A DNA stretch of 62,998 nt, the filler included, from Dugesia japonica (Eukaryota), in assembly GCA_001938525.1 (NCBI GenBank). It is 6 parts of 6 records of this genome, joined end to end, with 100 filler letters (N's around TTAATTAATTAA, not from the genome) between each part and the next. Parts side by side here need not be neighbours in the genome. Positions count along the whole stretch, not along the records: positions 22,204 to 32,789 come from MQRL01500658.1; positions 32,890 to 42,864 come from MQRL01629257.1; 4 more parts are not named here. One strand, written 5' to 3'. How positions within the stretch are numbered: position 1 is the stretch's first letter; the number at the start of each line of letters is the position of its first letter. Both the position numbers and the translations under genes were made by a program. A model generated the notes under the pieces. The model saw only the letters and a program-made list of their open reading frames with translations. It did no database searches and was not told the DNA's origin. This document shows, piece after piece, positions 22,204-35,120 of this stretch.

Positions 22204-24050
22204 AAGGTGCTTGCGTTTTGAAAATAATTCTTGGATTGTATTTGAGTTTAGAATTTTTTATTTATTTCATTTTGGATAATTTGGCTACATTTCTCATTGA
22301 TAAAAGTTAATTTACAAACTGTGTTTGTTTTTTAGTTTGATTTGATGTTATGTTTTGTATTTAAAGAAAAATATTTTGATATAATTTTATTTGGGGAGCC
22401 GTTATTTAATATAATATAATATAAATAATATAAAAAAACAAATAAAGTTTTCGGATCATTTTTTTTCAGAAACAACTTGTAATCTTTAATGAAACTTTTA
22501 TGTATAACTTTGATAACATTGCTTTAACTAATATTATCATTCAAACAATTTTGTGCAATTTAAAATAATAGATCAATATTTAAAAATTAAGAGTTTTTGG
22601 AAAATATTTGTTCACAATTGGTTTCAAAAGTTAATCTTAAGATTTTTTGTAATAACTAATTGCCATTTTTTACTACTTTATACTGAAGCATTTCCTCACA
22701 TTTTTATGTTAATTTATAACAATAGTAGTGTATATGGTAATATAAGTATATATTAATGGTGAAGGTGGATTCATTAAAACCTTAATATTCAGATTTTGTT
22801 TTTTTTCTATTTATTCAAGATTTCTAAAATTTTTTTTCAATAGCTTTTATTATGAAAAACTTTATTTTAATTTTATGTCAAAATTGAAAAGTTTTGCAAT
22901 TAAGAATTTTTTCTTGTAGGAATTCAAGTATTTTAATTAAATTGTTTAAATTAATTTTTAGTTTAAAATTCAAAAAATGATAAGTTTTTGTTGAATTCAT
23001 CAATAATTTTATTGCTATCTATTCACAGGGTTGTTCCAATGGGTACAAAACATAAATGTATTGTGTTGTATTTTGTTTATTTGGTGTATTTGGGTTCATT
23101 GATCTATTTGGTTTGATGAAAGCAAAACAATTTATAGGTATCTAATATGGATTATAACCTTTTAAATCAATTTTCAATATACAAATCGAAATTAAATTTC
23201 ATAGAATTTACATGTAAATGTAAAGTTCGGTATGTAACAGAATCAACATTGATTGAATTCGTTGAGAAAACAATTTTGATATATAACAGAGGTACATGAG
23301 TATAGCATCATTAACTAAATTTCAAATTACACAAATGGCAAATTACAAATTACAAAGAAATAAAATTAAATTACAAAACTGAATTTTAATTTGTTCGAAA
23401 TTTTTTATTTTAATGAAATTAGAAAACTGAAATTAAAAATGTAAAATTAAAATTTTAAAATTAAAATTCAAAATAAAAATTGAAATTATAAACTAAAAAT
23501 TTAACTTAAAAATAAAAAATTTTCAACAATTAAAACAAATTAATTTAGAAAAACCACACAGAAGCAAAATCGGAAATTAATAGCTAAAGTTNNNNNNNNN
23601 NNNNNNNNNNNNNNNNNNNNNNNTGGTATTTTAATTTTATAATTGATTGGGAGCAAAATTTTTCAAAAGTAAAATTTTAAGTATTTTGAAACAGTTAAGG
23701 GATAAATAAAAAATCAATGCATGAAAACTAAAGAAATCCAAAATTGAAAACAAAATAAATAGATTCAATTCATGTGGGTATAAAAATTATGTAGATCATC
23801 GGTTTCTAAGGATGACTTATCCTTATTCTGAGACAAAGAACATAAGCAATTGTTTCTCTAACTCTCAGTGCTTCTTAAAATTTTTGCATTCATGACCTCA
23901 TTTGTATCATGAAGTTTTTCACGACTTATTGATTGCTAAATAAAACATAAGTAGACACACATAACTCATTTATTTCATTTGAACAATATATAAGTAAATC
24001 ATAATTTTTGTTAAAATAAAAGTAGCATTAAAATTTATTTGAAATACAGA

Positions 24051-24337
24051 CATGGCCGGCTCGGTGCAAAGTTTCTTAACGGGGCTTTGAAAGAAATTTC
24101 ATACAAGAAATAATAATAAAAAATTGTCATNNNNNNNNNNNNNNNNNNNNNNNNNNNNNNNNNNNNNNNNNNNNNNNNNNNNNNNNNNNNNNNNNNNNNN
24201 NNNNNNNNNNNNNNNNNNNNNNNNNNNNNNNNNNNNNNNNNNNNNNNNNNNNNNNNNNNNNNNNNNNNNNNNNNNNNNNNNNNNNNNNNNNNNNNNNNNN
24301 NGGTTATACCGTTTGCACCGACCTCCTGCTGGCCCTG
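24051..24337. mobile_element. hAT-type MITE with 8-bp TSD
   Basis: Ends catggccggctcggtgcaaa / tttgcaccga...tggccctg. Flanks aatacaga (24043-24050) and aatacaaa (24338-24345). Confidence 0.7.
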
Positions 24338-24539
24338 AATACAAAAGTAAATCAGTGTGACTGATGTGCTTGTTTTCTGACGCATAGTAAATTTAACCTT
24401 TTTGTAATATTTGATACCGCTGGATGTAAAGCATCTTCCACGTTCTTCATTGTTGGATGATAAACTCTATACACTTATTAAGTGTATTGTAATTAAGTGT
24501 ATAATAATTAAGATGAATACAGTCAATCAATCACGTTAA

Positions 24540-25780
24540 AAATACATACATTGTTAATAACTGAATGTTAAGTGCTCGTATTTAATTTGACTCTAACATT
24601 TTTCTTTTCAACCCAAAATTTTTTTTTTTCGCGATCCTAAATTTTGTCAAGATCCATAGTTCAAGAAACATCTGCTCTATATAATTGCTGAGCACAGCTT
24701 TATGTTGTACATTAATCTTCATCGTACTATTGTTACCATCATCCACTTCAATTAAATTTTCAATACGTTCTATGATTTTATCGACTTTATTGTTGGCCTT
24801 CTTCTGGTGGCTTTTGGATAAGCCTAGAAATGACTTCTCTGTATCTTCTATTAGCATTCTTTCCACATACCCCATGTTGTTCCAGTGTGGAAACCTTTGT
24901 TGCCACCTAACATCTTCATTCTAATTAACGGATAGCCATTATCACGTTTTTATCAAACAATCGGATAAGATCAATCTTCTGTCTGGCATTCTCTCTTTAT
25001 CTCCACAGAAAGTAAACGAATCATCACCATTTCCTAAATTTCTATTATTTTCATCGACAATAACTCCTCNNNNNNNNNNNNNNNNNNNNNNNNNNNNNNN
25101 NNNNNNNNNNNNNNNNNNNNNNNNNNNNNNNNNNNNNNNNNNNNNNNNNNNNNNNNNNNNNNNNNNNNNNNNNNNNNNNNNNNNNNNNNNNNNNNNNNNN
25201 NNNNNNNNNNNNNNNNNNNNNNNNNNNNNNNNNNNNNNNNNNNNNNNNNNNNNNNNTTCCATAATTGGCTTATTCCTTGCTTTTTCATGCCGGAATGTTG
25301 ATATTAGTTCGTGTTCATTAATGACATCTTATGTTTTGCTCTATTTCCTTTAATGTAATTACAATATTTGTCCTCAATCGTCGGTTTGTATTTGTTTATA
25401 GCTCTTGAAGATTTTTTTCAGCTATCTATTATCAGAAATAATATAAATTATTATTTTAAATTGATAAGGACCGAAAGGATTAATAAATGCACTTTTAGGC
25501 CTGTCCTGAAATTTTATTGGCACTTAATAAAATCCTTTCGTTAGATCAATCGTATTAATATATTTTGAATTTCCTAACAAATCAATTATTTTCTCGGTCG
25601 CTGGCATTGGATAACAGAGTGAAAGAGCTTCATCTGTAAGGATAGATTGTAAAAATATTCTCCATTTGTGATGTTTGATTCCTTGAGTAGTAGTCCATCT
25701 TTCAAAAGGATTGAAATAAATCTCAATTTTATCACCTGCGATATATGGCTGAAAAGCAATTAGTTGGGGCAATGTGTAGG
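24540..25780 (-). mobile_element. Internally deleted Ty3/gypsy remnant (gag N-terminus fused to RT)
   Basis: Gag-like GDKIEIYFNPFER...KWRIFLQSILTDEALS runs directly into RT YPMPATEKIIDLLGNSKYINTIDLTKGFY*VPI...KSAFINPFG. Confidence 0.7.
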
Positions 25781-25788
25781 AAATATTA

Positions 25789-26992
25789 TTAGGTCGACAC
25801 ATAAGTTATGTCGATTATTACGGAAAACTTTAAACAACAAAATGACACAGTATATTATTTAAATACATAGGCACTATTGGTTTCTACAATGTCTCTCTAT
25901 CTTAATAAAAATTTACTGGCTTGGAATCGAAAAATTCTTAGATAGCAATATTTAAAGCTTCATAAGAAACGAATCTTTTCCCGACCAAGAAATATTGCAT
26001 TGCCCGGAACAGGTTGTAGTCAGAAGGTGCAATGTCCGGACTGTATGGAGGATGAGAAAAAAGTTCCTAGCTAAAGTCGGTAATCTTCTGGTCTGTCTTC
26101 TTTGTGGTATGCAGTCGTGCATTGTCCTGATGAATAATGACTCCATTTCTGTTTGCTAAAGCTGGGCACTTGTTTTCAATTTCATTTTCCAATCTCTCCA
26201 ACTGAGCACAAAATACATCCGCGGTTATTGTTTCACTAGGTTGCATCAGCTCGAAATGAATAATACCCATAGCCAACCACCAAACACTTAACATTACGTT
26301 TTCGCCATGAACATTTGGTTTCGCAGTGATTGTAGGTCTTTTGCAAGGTCCATTGCCTTTTACGACTGCAGTTGTCTACATAACCAATTTCTCGTCACCA
26401 GTTATGATACGATTCAGGAAGTTTTCATTTTTTTTGGAAATGAACATTTTGCATATTGGAATCCTCTTCTTCTTTTGGTCATGGGTAAGTTCATGAGCGC
26501 CCATATTCCTACCTTGCTTTCTTTACCCATTTTTTAAATGTAGGCGAATTATTTCTCTATTGATTCCTAATTGTGAACTCATTCCAATCAGTGTTTAACA
26601 TGGATTTTTTTCAATCGATGCCTGTATAACGTCAGTAACCACAGTCGGCGATCTGCCCAATCTAGGAGCGTCNNNNNNNNNNNNNNNNNNNNNNNNNAAT
26701 GGGAAAAACCATTTCTATCATTTTATGACATCAACAGCATCCGGATAGATTTGGTTAATTGATTTTGCAGCCTCTGATACCGTTTTATCATAATAAAATT
26801 CGTAAATCATACAATGTCGTATGTGATTTTCATTCGCATTTAATACGTATTCATCAATTTATTCGAAAACTATTTAAGCGTTAACTTACTTTATAAAATC
26901 ACCAAAAACAAATAGTTTTGACACATTTAAACAATTTAATAATTGATTGAATATGAATTATTAAAAAACGACATTACTTATGTGTAACTATA
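25789..26992 (-). mobile_element. Near full-length degenerate mariner (cecropia-like) with both TIRs
   Basis: TIRs ttaggtcgacacataagttatgtcg / cgacattacttatgtgtaactataa. Motifs IWALMNL (degenerate WVPHEL region), VTGDEK, MLSVWW, HQDNARLH, SPDIAPSDY. Confidence 0.9.
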
Positions 26993-27354
26993 AGAACTAT
27001 ATAACTACTGTTATGGCGTAATAGAGTTATTATTGTAGAATCGTTTGTTCAGAAAATATATCTTTAAATCGATTAATATCATATTATGACCACAATAATA
27101 AATATAGTTGAGTGGATTATCCTAAGTTCATGTTAAATTTGGTTGATTTTAATTTTAATAAGATTAGTCAGGATAATTTTAGTGTTTACTATATAATTTT
27201 ACTATAACTCTTTACTATCACTGATTTTAGAGATAGCAAATTATATTGGTGATTTTAAATATTGACCTTAATAGTTGTATTAATTTATTATAGATATGTA
27301 TAGTGGTAACGATACAACACTGATGGTAGTAACAATATCAATAATACTATTAAT

Positions 27355-27415
<61 letters not shown>

Positions 27416-27624
27416 NNNNNNNNNNNNNNNNNNNNNNNNNNNNNNNNNNNNNNNNNNNNNNNNNNNNNNNNNNNNNNNNNNNNNNNNNNNNNNNNNNTAA
27501 TAATAATAATAATAATAATAATAAGCAAAAGAATTAATCTAATTTAATCCATAAGTATTTAATTTATTTCAAAAAAATCTAAATTTTTTCTTAGGTATTT
27601 AACTTACGCTGCTTTTATGATTTA

Positions 27625-28711
27625 GATTCTTCAAGTAGACAAATGGAATTCCCTGTTGAACAAGAAAATAGTTCAATTTCGGTATATTTTCATTTATTTC
27701 TTATTGATATCATGTTCAATAAATATTGGTAAATTCAATATTATTGATTAACAACTTATTGATAATGATTAAAAAAATATTAAAATTATTTAATTTTATA
27801 ATACTTAAATAATGTAATAGTTTTCACTAGGATTACTAGCATTCTATAAGCGAAATTTTACTTTAAATATTTAAAAATAAAATAATAGGTAATAATATTT
27901 ACAAATTGCTTTGCTTATTTTAAGAAATTGGAAAAACATAAATTTGGTTTCTTAAAAATTTTCAACTGAAGATTAAAATTTTTCAGAAAATAAAACATCA
28001 ATTCCATAATTTTTTCATGATCAAAATTTTAATTAGTTTCAGAAATGCATTATATTTAAGGGAAATTCAAGGAAAATAAAAGGAAATAAAGCAAGACTTC
28101 TTAAGATAAACATTTATTCGTCGATTCAAGCAATCTTTTATTACTACATGATATATATTTCACCAAAATCTCTTCACGCTTGCTAGCTGTCACCTATGAA
28201 ATCTTAATTTAATTAATGAAATCTTAGCAAGCATCGAATTTCTTTTAACAATAAATACGATTCCTTGGATAAAATTTGTCATATTGTTTTAATGTAAATT
28301 AGTAAAAACTCCTATTTTATTTTTTTTAATAATAAATGTAATTAAACTTAAGTTTAATACTTTTTAAAGTCACAATCTTTTATTTATTATATTTCATTGA
28401 AAACATTATTAAATCGTATGATTCAATTTATGTTAATCTTCATAATTTTTGTTTTAAGTAATGTAGAAAATAATTTATTAAAAATATACTTTAATAAAAA
28501 GCAATTCTAATAATTACAGAAACGCAAATATTCAAAAAGTCTACCGATAAAGAAAATGGTAAAATTTTACTGAATTTTTGATATACATTAATCTGGTTTT
28601 AAAGCTTTCGAAGTCACGTCATATTTACAAAAATGAAATGAACGGAATTAAATCCAGAATTAAAGATTTGCAAGATTCATTTAATGATCATTTGAAAATG
28701 ACTAAGACCAA
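27625..28711 (+). CDS. Candidate short exons of an unidentified gene, possibly upstream of the 31.2-31.7 kb exons
   Basis: AG/GT-bounded segments translating DSSSRQMEFPVEQENSSIS, KRKYSKSLPIKKM and LSKSRHIYKNEMNGIKSRIKDLQDSFNDHLKMTKTK. Confidence 0.35.
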
Positions 28712-29240
28712 GGTAAATTAGTTTTATGCTAATTATCGAAATAGTGTTATATTAATACATTTTGACTTACTTTTAACAGCAATGAGTTACATAAATGAGG
28801 TATTATTTATTTTGAAAATTTTTTATAACATAATTTTCTTCGCCATTTTAAAAATAAATTTTAATTCAAAATGTTTTAATAAATTTTATTTATCAGTAGT
28901 TCTCTGCCAAACTTGCAAAAATTTAATATACATNNNNNNNNNNNNNNNNNNNNNNNNNNNNNNGAAATTTTTATTTACAAATTTGTTTAAATTTGCAAAA
29001 AACATGGATATTCAAGGAAATTTTTAAGAAATTAGTCATTGAAAACTTAAATCCATCGAATTCAAATTAGTGGATATATAGTAGCGCATTGGAATGGTCC
29101 CATTTTAAATAATTTTTTTAATAAAATTAACCAACATCAGGAATTGTGTACCACCAGCTAATTTTTTTTAATTATTTTTCTTTTGTTCTTGAAAGAATTG
29201 ACCATAAATAACTTTATAATTTAATTTATATAATTAATTA

Positions 29241-29415
29241 TTTCATTAAAATGAAAGCTTCGATCAAAAATTTTTTCTTAGTTCTTTATAGTATTTCAAT
29301 ACTTTCAAGAACTAAAAAAAAGTTTTGATCGAAGCTTTTATTTTAATGAAATCTGAAATACGACCAATGGTTAAGTCCAACATTTATTGTCGCAATAATT
29401 GTAATTGTAAAAATA
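29241..29415. repeat. Fold-back copy of the dispersed repeat family
   Basis: tttcattaaaatgaaagcttcgatcaaaa...ttttgatcgaagcttttattttaatgaaa, followed by the shared acgaccaatggttaagtccaac...tcgcaataattgtaattgtaaaa tail. Confidence 0.85.
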
Positions 29416-29651
29416 ATTAATTATATTAATATGTATATAGTAAAACTAAAACAACGACTTTTAATTCTACTTGTGATAATTTTTTTATTATTATTTCTTG
29501 TATGCAATTTTTTTCAGTTATATTAATGTTACAAATCAGTATAATTTTCATTAGGTTTATTACTATGATGAATTTGATACCACTCGACTCACAATAAAAA
29601 GTTACCTATACATTGTTTAAAGGACTACTATCGATACTGTATATTTTTAGG

Positions 29652-29896
29652 AAAACTATTATGTAATAATGTATGTAATACATTAAGATGTACCGACATA
29701 AACCATCAGTCGTATATTTTATTCTCAAAGCTGATCATTAAAGTATCTATTCGATAGAGAATTTAACGCTGATCACGAAAAACATCACCTAAAATCGTCA
29801 AATGTTATAGATAAAAAAATAACTATCAAGATACGACTGATGATTTATGTCGGTACTTTTTAATAACACATACAGTGTTACATATAATAATTTTTT
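29652..29896. mobile_element. MITE-like element with ~60-bp TIRs
   Basis: gtaccgacataaaccatcagtcgtat ... atacgactgatgatttatgtcggtac. Confidence 0.7.
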
Positions 29897-31219
29897 TATG
29901 TAATAATTATTTTATAATTTTATTATTATATAATTATATTATAATATATTATTATATAATAAAAGTATAATAATTAGATATTTTTTGAAGACCACGGGTT
30001 GAGAAACACTGGTCTAAGATAAATTACTATAGAAAAATGTATTTTTCCCGAGATAAGATATGAGAATATTTCATAAATATTTTGATACCATTCGACTCAG
30101 AATTAAAAATCTCAATAAAAATATTAAAATTAAATTTTAAAATATTTAAATTAAGTTTGAAAGTATTTAAATTAAATTGAAAACCCTGTAACTGATTACG
30201 CGGCTAATATTTTATCAATTATTTATCAATCTTTCATGGTATATATGGTTTTCTGAGAAAATACGATTTGTGGAATAAAATTATATTACTTATTAGCATT
30301 TTATATTCATATTTGATTTTCTTAAAACGTTTTAATTTTGAAGCATTTTTAATAACCTTATGTAAGTGAAAGTTGTAGTATTTTATAATTATTTATAGCA
30401 ATTATAATTACATATATAAAATTATTCTATAATGTCTTTTGTGATTTTGAAAAAAAATACTTCTAAATTGCTGAACTTTGCGTTTAAATATCTCGTCACA
30501 CTTGTTTAAAAACCCGACTATAAAATTAATAAATCATTAGCATCATTATTGTGTTTAACTACAAAGCCAGAAATTGAAACCAAAGCTACACCAATGTTTT
30601 AATTGGCACACTCACTTTGACATACAGTATACACACTAAGTCCTGTGTAGTTTAGGTTATTCATTTTCAATGTTGTATCAATAATTGATTATTCAAATAA
30701 AATTTATTTAAATTGTTCTTCAGTGGAAAAAATTTAATTTTTTAAATTTACAGAGGTTGTATTTATCAAACTAAGTAAGTTTCTTATTGATTTATTTAAA
30801 TTTTGAAAAGTTAAGTTTACCTTTTATTTTAATAAATTCACCTAAATATTATTATGGTAACGTTTTTTAAACAAATATTTTGAAAATTATTCATTAAAAA
30901 AAATAAAAGTAATGAAGCTTATTTTTATTTATTGATAAAATAAATAAATCTTATTAATTTTGAAGTATGAAGGTGTTTGGTGCTATTTATGGTGATTTAT
31001 TGTAAAAACTTATGATCTATTCACTATTTAATTAAAATTACTTTGATTAGCCATGTTTAATATTTTGTTTATTTTAAGAATTCAAGTAAACTACCGCAAA
31101 CTCCGTTGTGTAGAAAAATGTCTAAAGAAACATCAGTTTATTTTAGTTCGTCTGAAGATATTCAATCTACTCCCAGTAAATATCTTACTTAATTGATTTA
31201 ATAAAATACGAATATTCAG

Positions 31220-31685
31220 AGCCAAGAGCCCAAAGTCAAGATAGAATTACGAGAAAATCTAAGCCAGTTACATCAACTCCAAAGAAATGGAGCAGTGAGC
31301 AGAAAAATATAAGTAGTGATGAACAGGCTCTTTTTGATGACATTCATAATGAATTAAGTGATTTGATTAAACATATTAATAATGCAGAATACAGGAATAA
31401 TCAAAGAGTTGAATATATTTTTAAAAATTTTCTCTAATATTTTATAGATTGATGAAGCGATGAATCGTTTGTCTGATTACGAACGAGAAATTCAAAACTC
31501 CAATGAAGACGGATTTTCAAGTAGCAAAACCGAACATTTAGATCAAGAAAAGGAAAATTTAGCTGAAGTATTAATGCTTTTCTTGCACCTTCTTCTTATA
31601 TGGTGGTTTTATAGTTTTTAAGAGAAACAATGTATCAAGTAGAACGTTGCCAGGAAGATATTAGAATTCTAAGTGAACGATTTGG
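31220..31685 (+). CDS. Three exons of a coiled-coil host protein
   Basis: In-frame splicing over ~40-48 bp introns: SQEPKVKIELREN...NNQR | IDEAMNRLSDYEREIQN...ENLAE | FLRETMYQVERCQEDIRILSERF. Confidence 0.6.
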
Positions 31686-31849
31686 TAATAATATCCGCAT
31701 ATCTAGATTGGAAACTGGGAATAATATTTATGGTATAAGTAATTTATTTTAAAAATATATAAATTAATATATTTTTTAAAATTACTTTTGAAATTATTAA
31801 TTCTTTTGAAAATAGTAAATTCGATATTTGTGATTTGTAAAAGATTTAT

Positions 31850-32789
31850 AAACGAGGATATGCAGAAAGTACGTATGAATAATTCACCAGTAAAAGTAAT
31901 GATTGAGAGGAACACTTAACTAGTGATGACGAAAGATAGAACGCAGAGAATGCGGCCGAAACTCACAGACTCGACGAAGTATTTGACAAAATATTATTTT
32001 AATAGACAGAGGCGGTTTCCAGAACTTTGCAAGCAGAAACTTCAGAAGGGACAATGTTAATGCTGCATAAACGTTACCAATGGCCGTTAAATGACATATA
32101 TTTAATTTCAGTAGGAATTGAACGATTCAAAAGAAGAAGATAAGAACGTAAGTACGTAGTCATGTAAAAACCAGAACGACTCCATTGCTTGCATTTCATC
32201 GATAGAGTATGTTTAAAAAGAAATCAAATAAATCGAAATAATGATGGAAGAGGAGAGAAGTTTGAAAAAGAAGATGAACAAGAGTGGAGTAAAGTTAGAG
32301 ATGTTATGGAATTTGGAAGCTTCAGCGACAGTCATGAGTGAAAACTATTAGGTTAAAATTGGAAAGCTGTGTTTGAGTATAATATTAGATTCTATGGAGC
32401 ATTTAATATGGACTTAGAAAAACGGTTGTAGATAACAGAATTGAGTATAAAATGGAACAAAAAATTCAGGAAAATTAAGTCATCATTAGTTAAGCAGATC
32501 CAGCCAGAATCGATAGGTGGTATTGATACAATGCATATTTTTTAAGTGAAATTAATAGAAATAAATAACATCGAAAATGAGTCTTAAGGTAACATAAGAT
32601 ACAAATAATAATAAATAATAAAGATACAAAAATAACGCTTTGAGTGTGTTCAAAAAGGTTGATAACAATTTTTGATCAGAATTTTTAGATATTCATGGTT
32701 TTAAAGTTCGATATTGGACATATGAAAAAGGTAATACATGAAATAAAAGTGAAAGGAGATCAGATACTATAACACCTTAGAAGACAGCC
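31850..32789 (+). mobile_element. Degenerate LTR retrotransposon gag-protease region
   Basis: Purine-rich intronless stretch with a decayed aspartic-protease-like ILD motif near 32385 and an HEIKVKG linker typical just before Ty3/gypsy RT. Confidence 0.45.
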
Positions 32790-32889
32790 NNNNNNNNNNN
32801 NNNNNNNNNNNNNNNNNNNNNNNNNNNNNNNNNTTAATTAATTAANNNNNNNNNNNNNNNNNNNNNNNNNNNNNNNNNNNNNNNNNNNN
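32790..32889. other. Artificial scaffold spacer
   Basis: N44-TTAATTAATTAA-N44. Confidence 0.95.
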
Positions 32890-35120
32890 CAACATCGATT
32901 TCCTGATTTTACTTCCTGGATCACATTGATGTTCGGTTGCAATGCGCAAGTCATTGAAAAAATCGTGTTTGTTGACACAGATGATTCAATCACTAAATTT
33001 ACTAGAAGTGAAAGAAATATTTTAAAAATATTTATTTTTAGTTGTCAATGAAAGATTTCGAATATTTACTAGATGTCGAAGAAAAGTTTCTAAAAGTTAC
33101 TAAAAGTCTCGTAACTGTTATATAAATTTAGCAGAAATTGAAAAAGTTCACTATAAATTTATGTCGAAGAAAGTTCTCAAAGGCTTAGTAGATGTCGAAG
33201 AGATTTTTTTAAAAGTCTTGAGATTTTTTCATAAATACAAGTTCATGAGAGAATTTGTAAATAGATTTCAGCTATGAGTCAAATAGTATAAAANNNNNNN
33301 NNNNNNNNNNNNNNNNNNNNNNNNNNNNNNNNNNNNNNNNNNNNNNNNNNNNNNNNNNNNNNNNNNNNNNNNNNNNNNNNNNNNNNNNNNNNNNNNNNNN
33401 NNNCCGTCATCTCACTATGCATTCAACAATACCAAACTTGACCTGAACGGATAATAACTACAAATACTAGAGCAATTCTTTCAAAATGTGCATTCAAACA
33501 AAAAATATATATTCAGTAAATATAGTCAATATATATTTAATTTGCAGAAATATTTTTAAAAATTCATAAAAAATTTTAAAAAATGGGCTAAAACATAGGA
33601 TGTTAATTACATTNNNNNNNNNNNNNNNNNNNNNNNNNNNNNNNNNNNNNNNNNNNNNNNNNNNNNNNNNNNNNNNNNNNNNNNNNNNNNNNNNNNNNNN
33701 NNNNNNNNNNNNNNNNNNNNNNNNNNNNNNNNNNNNNNNNNNNNNNNNNAAAAGTTTTACTGTTTCAGTGAACACTAATACATTATCAATTAATTATTTT
33801 TATAAAAATTATAAATGCAGATTTAAATTTTATTTTAATATTTAATTACCATAAAGGACAAAATTTACAACTTTTTACGCTCTCCTGTCTTCTAGCAAAT
33901 ATACAAATTTATTCTATGCACACATACTCATTAGTATGCATTTATCAAAACATACATATTTTAGGGTAATTACTCGTCCATGATTTAATAAAAAAAATCA
34001 ATGTTTTATTGTATTTTACTATTGCTATTGGTTCAAAAACTGCTGAAATTAATTTGGCAATATTATTTTTTCGATTAAAATCTGCTAGTTTATATTTTCT
34101 CACCTACTTACAAATTTAAACAAAACGACCAATGAAATTGAATCCAGTTTCGTACTAATTATGCCCAACTAAATTTAATTATATTATGATTATTTGATTC
34201 TGTAAATAAATGTAAACAAAAGATATTAAGAGATTTTCAAAATATATTACAAAACAAACTAAAATACATTTATCATTTTCATACGAAAGTCACATTACAT
34301 AACTTGCATTTATTCAATTCTTTGGCAAAAGATTTTTTTGGAAGCATTTAACCTAGTCAAATATATTTTCACATCATCAATAAATACATTTTATATACAC
34401 ACGATACGAATCAACATAGAATATGTTTTCCCATTTTATCAGCAGTTGTCAATAATGATAAAAACTATTTGAAACTCATTTAAATAGTACAACAAAAACC
34501 CGTTAATTAACAAATGCTATAATTTAAAAAAGACATTACTTTCAATTATCGTTACTTACTATAGACAGTAGATATTAACTAGTAAAATTTCTAAACGATT
34601 AACTATTTTTAATAAGTAATACAACATTGGAATGATGGTGTATTTTAACTTGATTAGAAAAAAATTAATTTGCTTAACCACAAATAAATATAATTTACAA
34701 AAACAACATTATTAATAGCACACATTCATGAGGTATTAACACTAAAAAACATTGCTTATAAATCTATATACAATCGATATATAATAAACATTGTTACTAG
34801 AAACTGACTTCATTTTAATTTACCTTTTCTTCGACTAAGTTTTTTTTCTCAACATAATTGACACAAAAATAATTTTATTTACAATGAAAAAAAGAAAACA
34901 GAAAAAACAAAAAAATAAAATATATATCGTTGGGTAAATGCGCCATTTGACACGAATTAATTAATTGAAAATTGAACACAAATATACATGTGAAATTCAA
35001 TTTACAAGATAGATTATTTTGTGTGGAGATTTTTCGTTTCAAATCGACTATGATAATAATTATGGACTAGAAATAGTTTTCAATTTTTTCCACTTGTTCA
35101 CATTTCTCCATTTTATTTTA

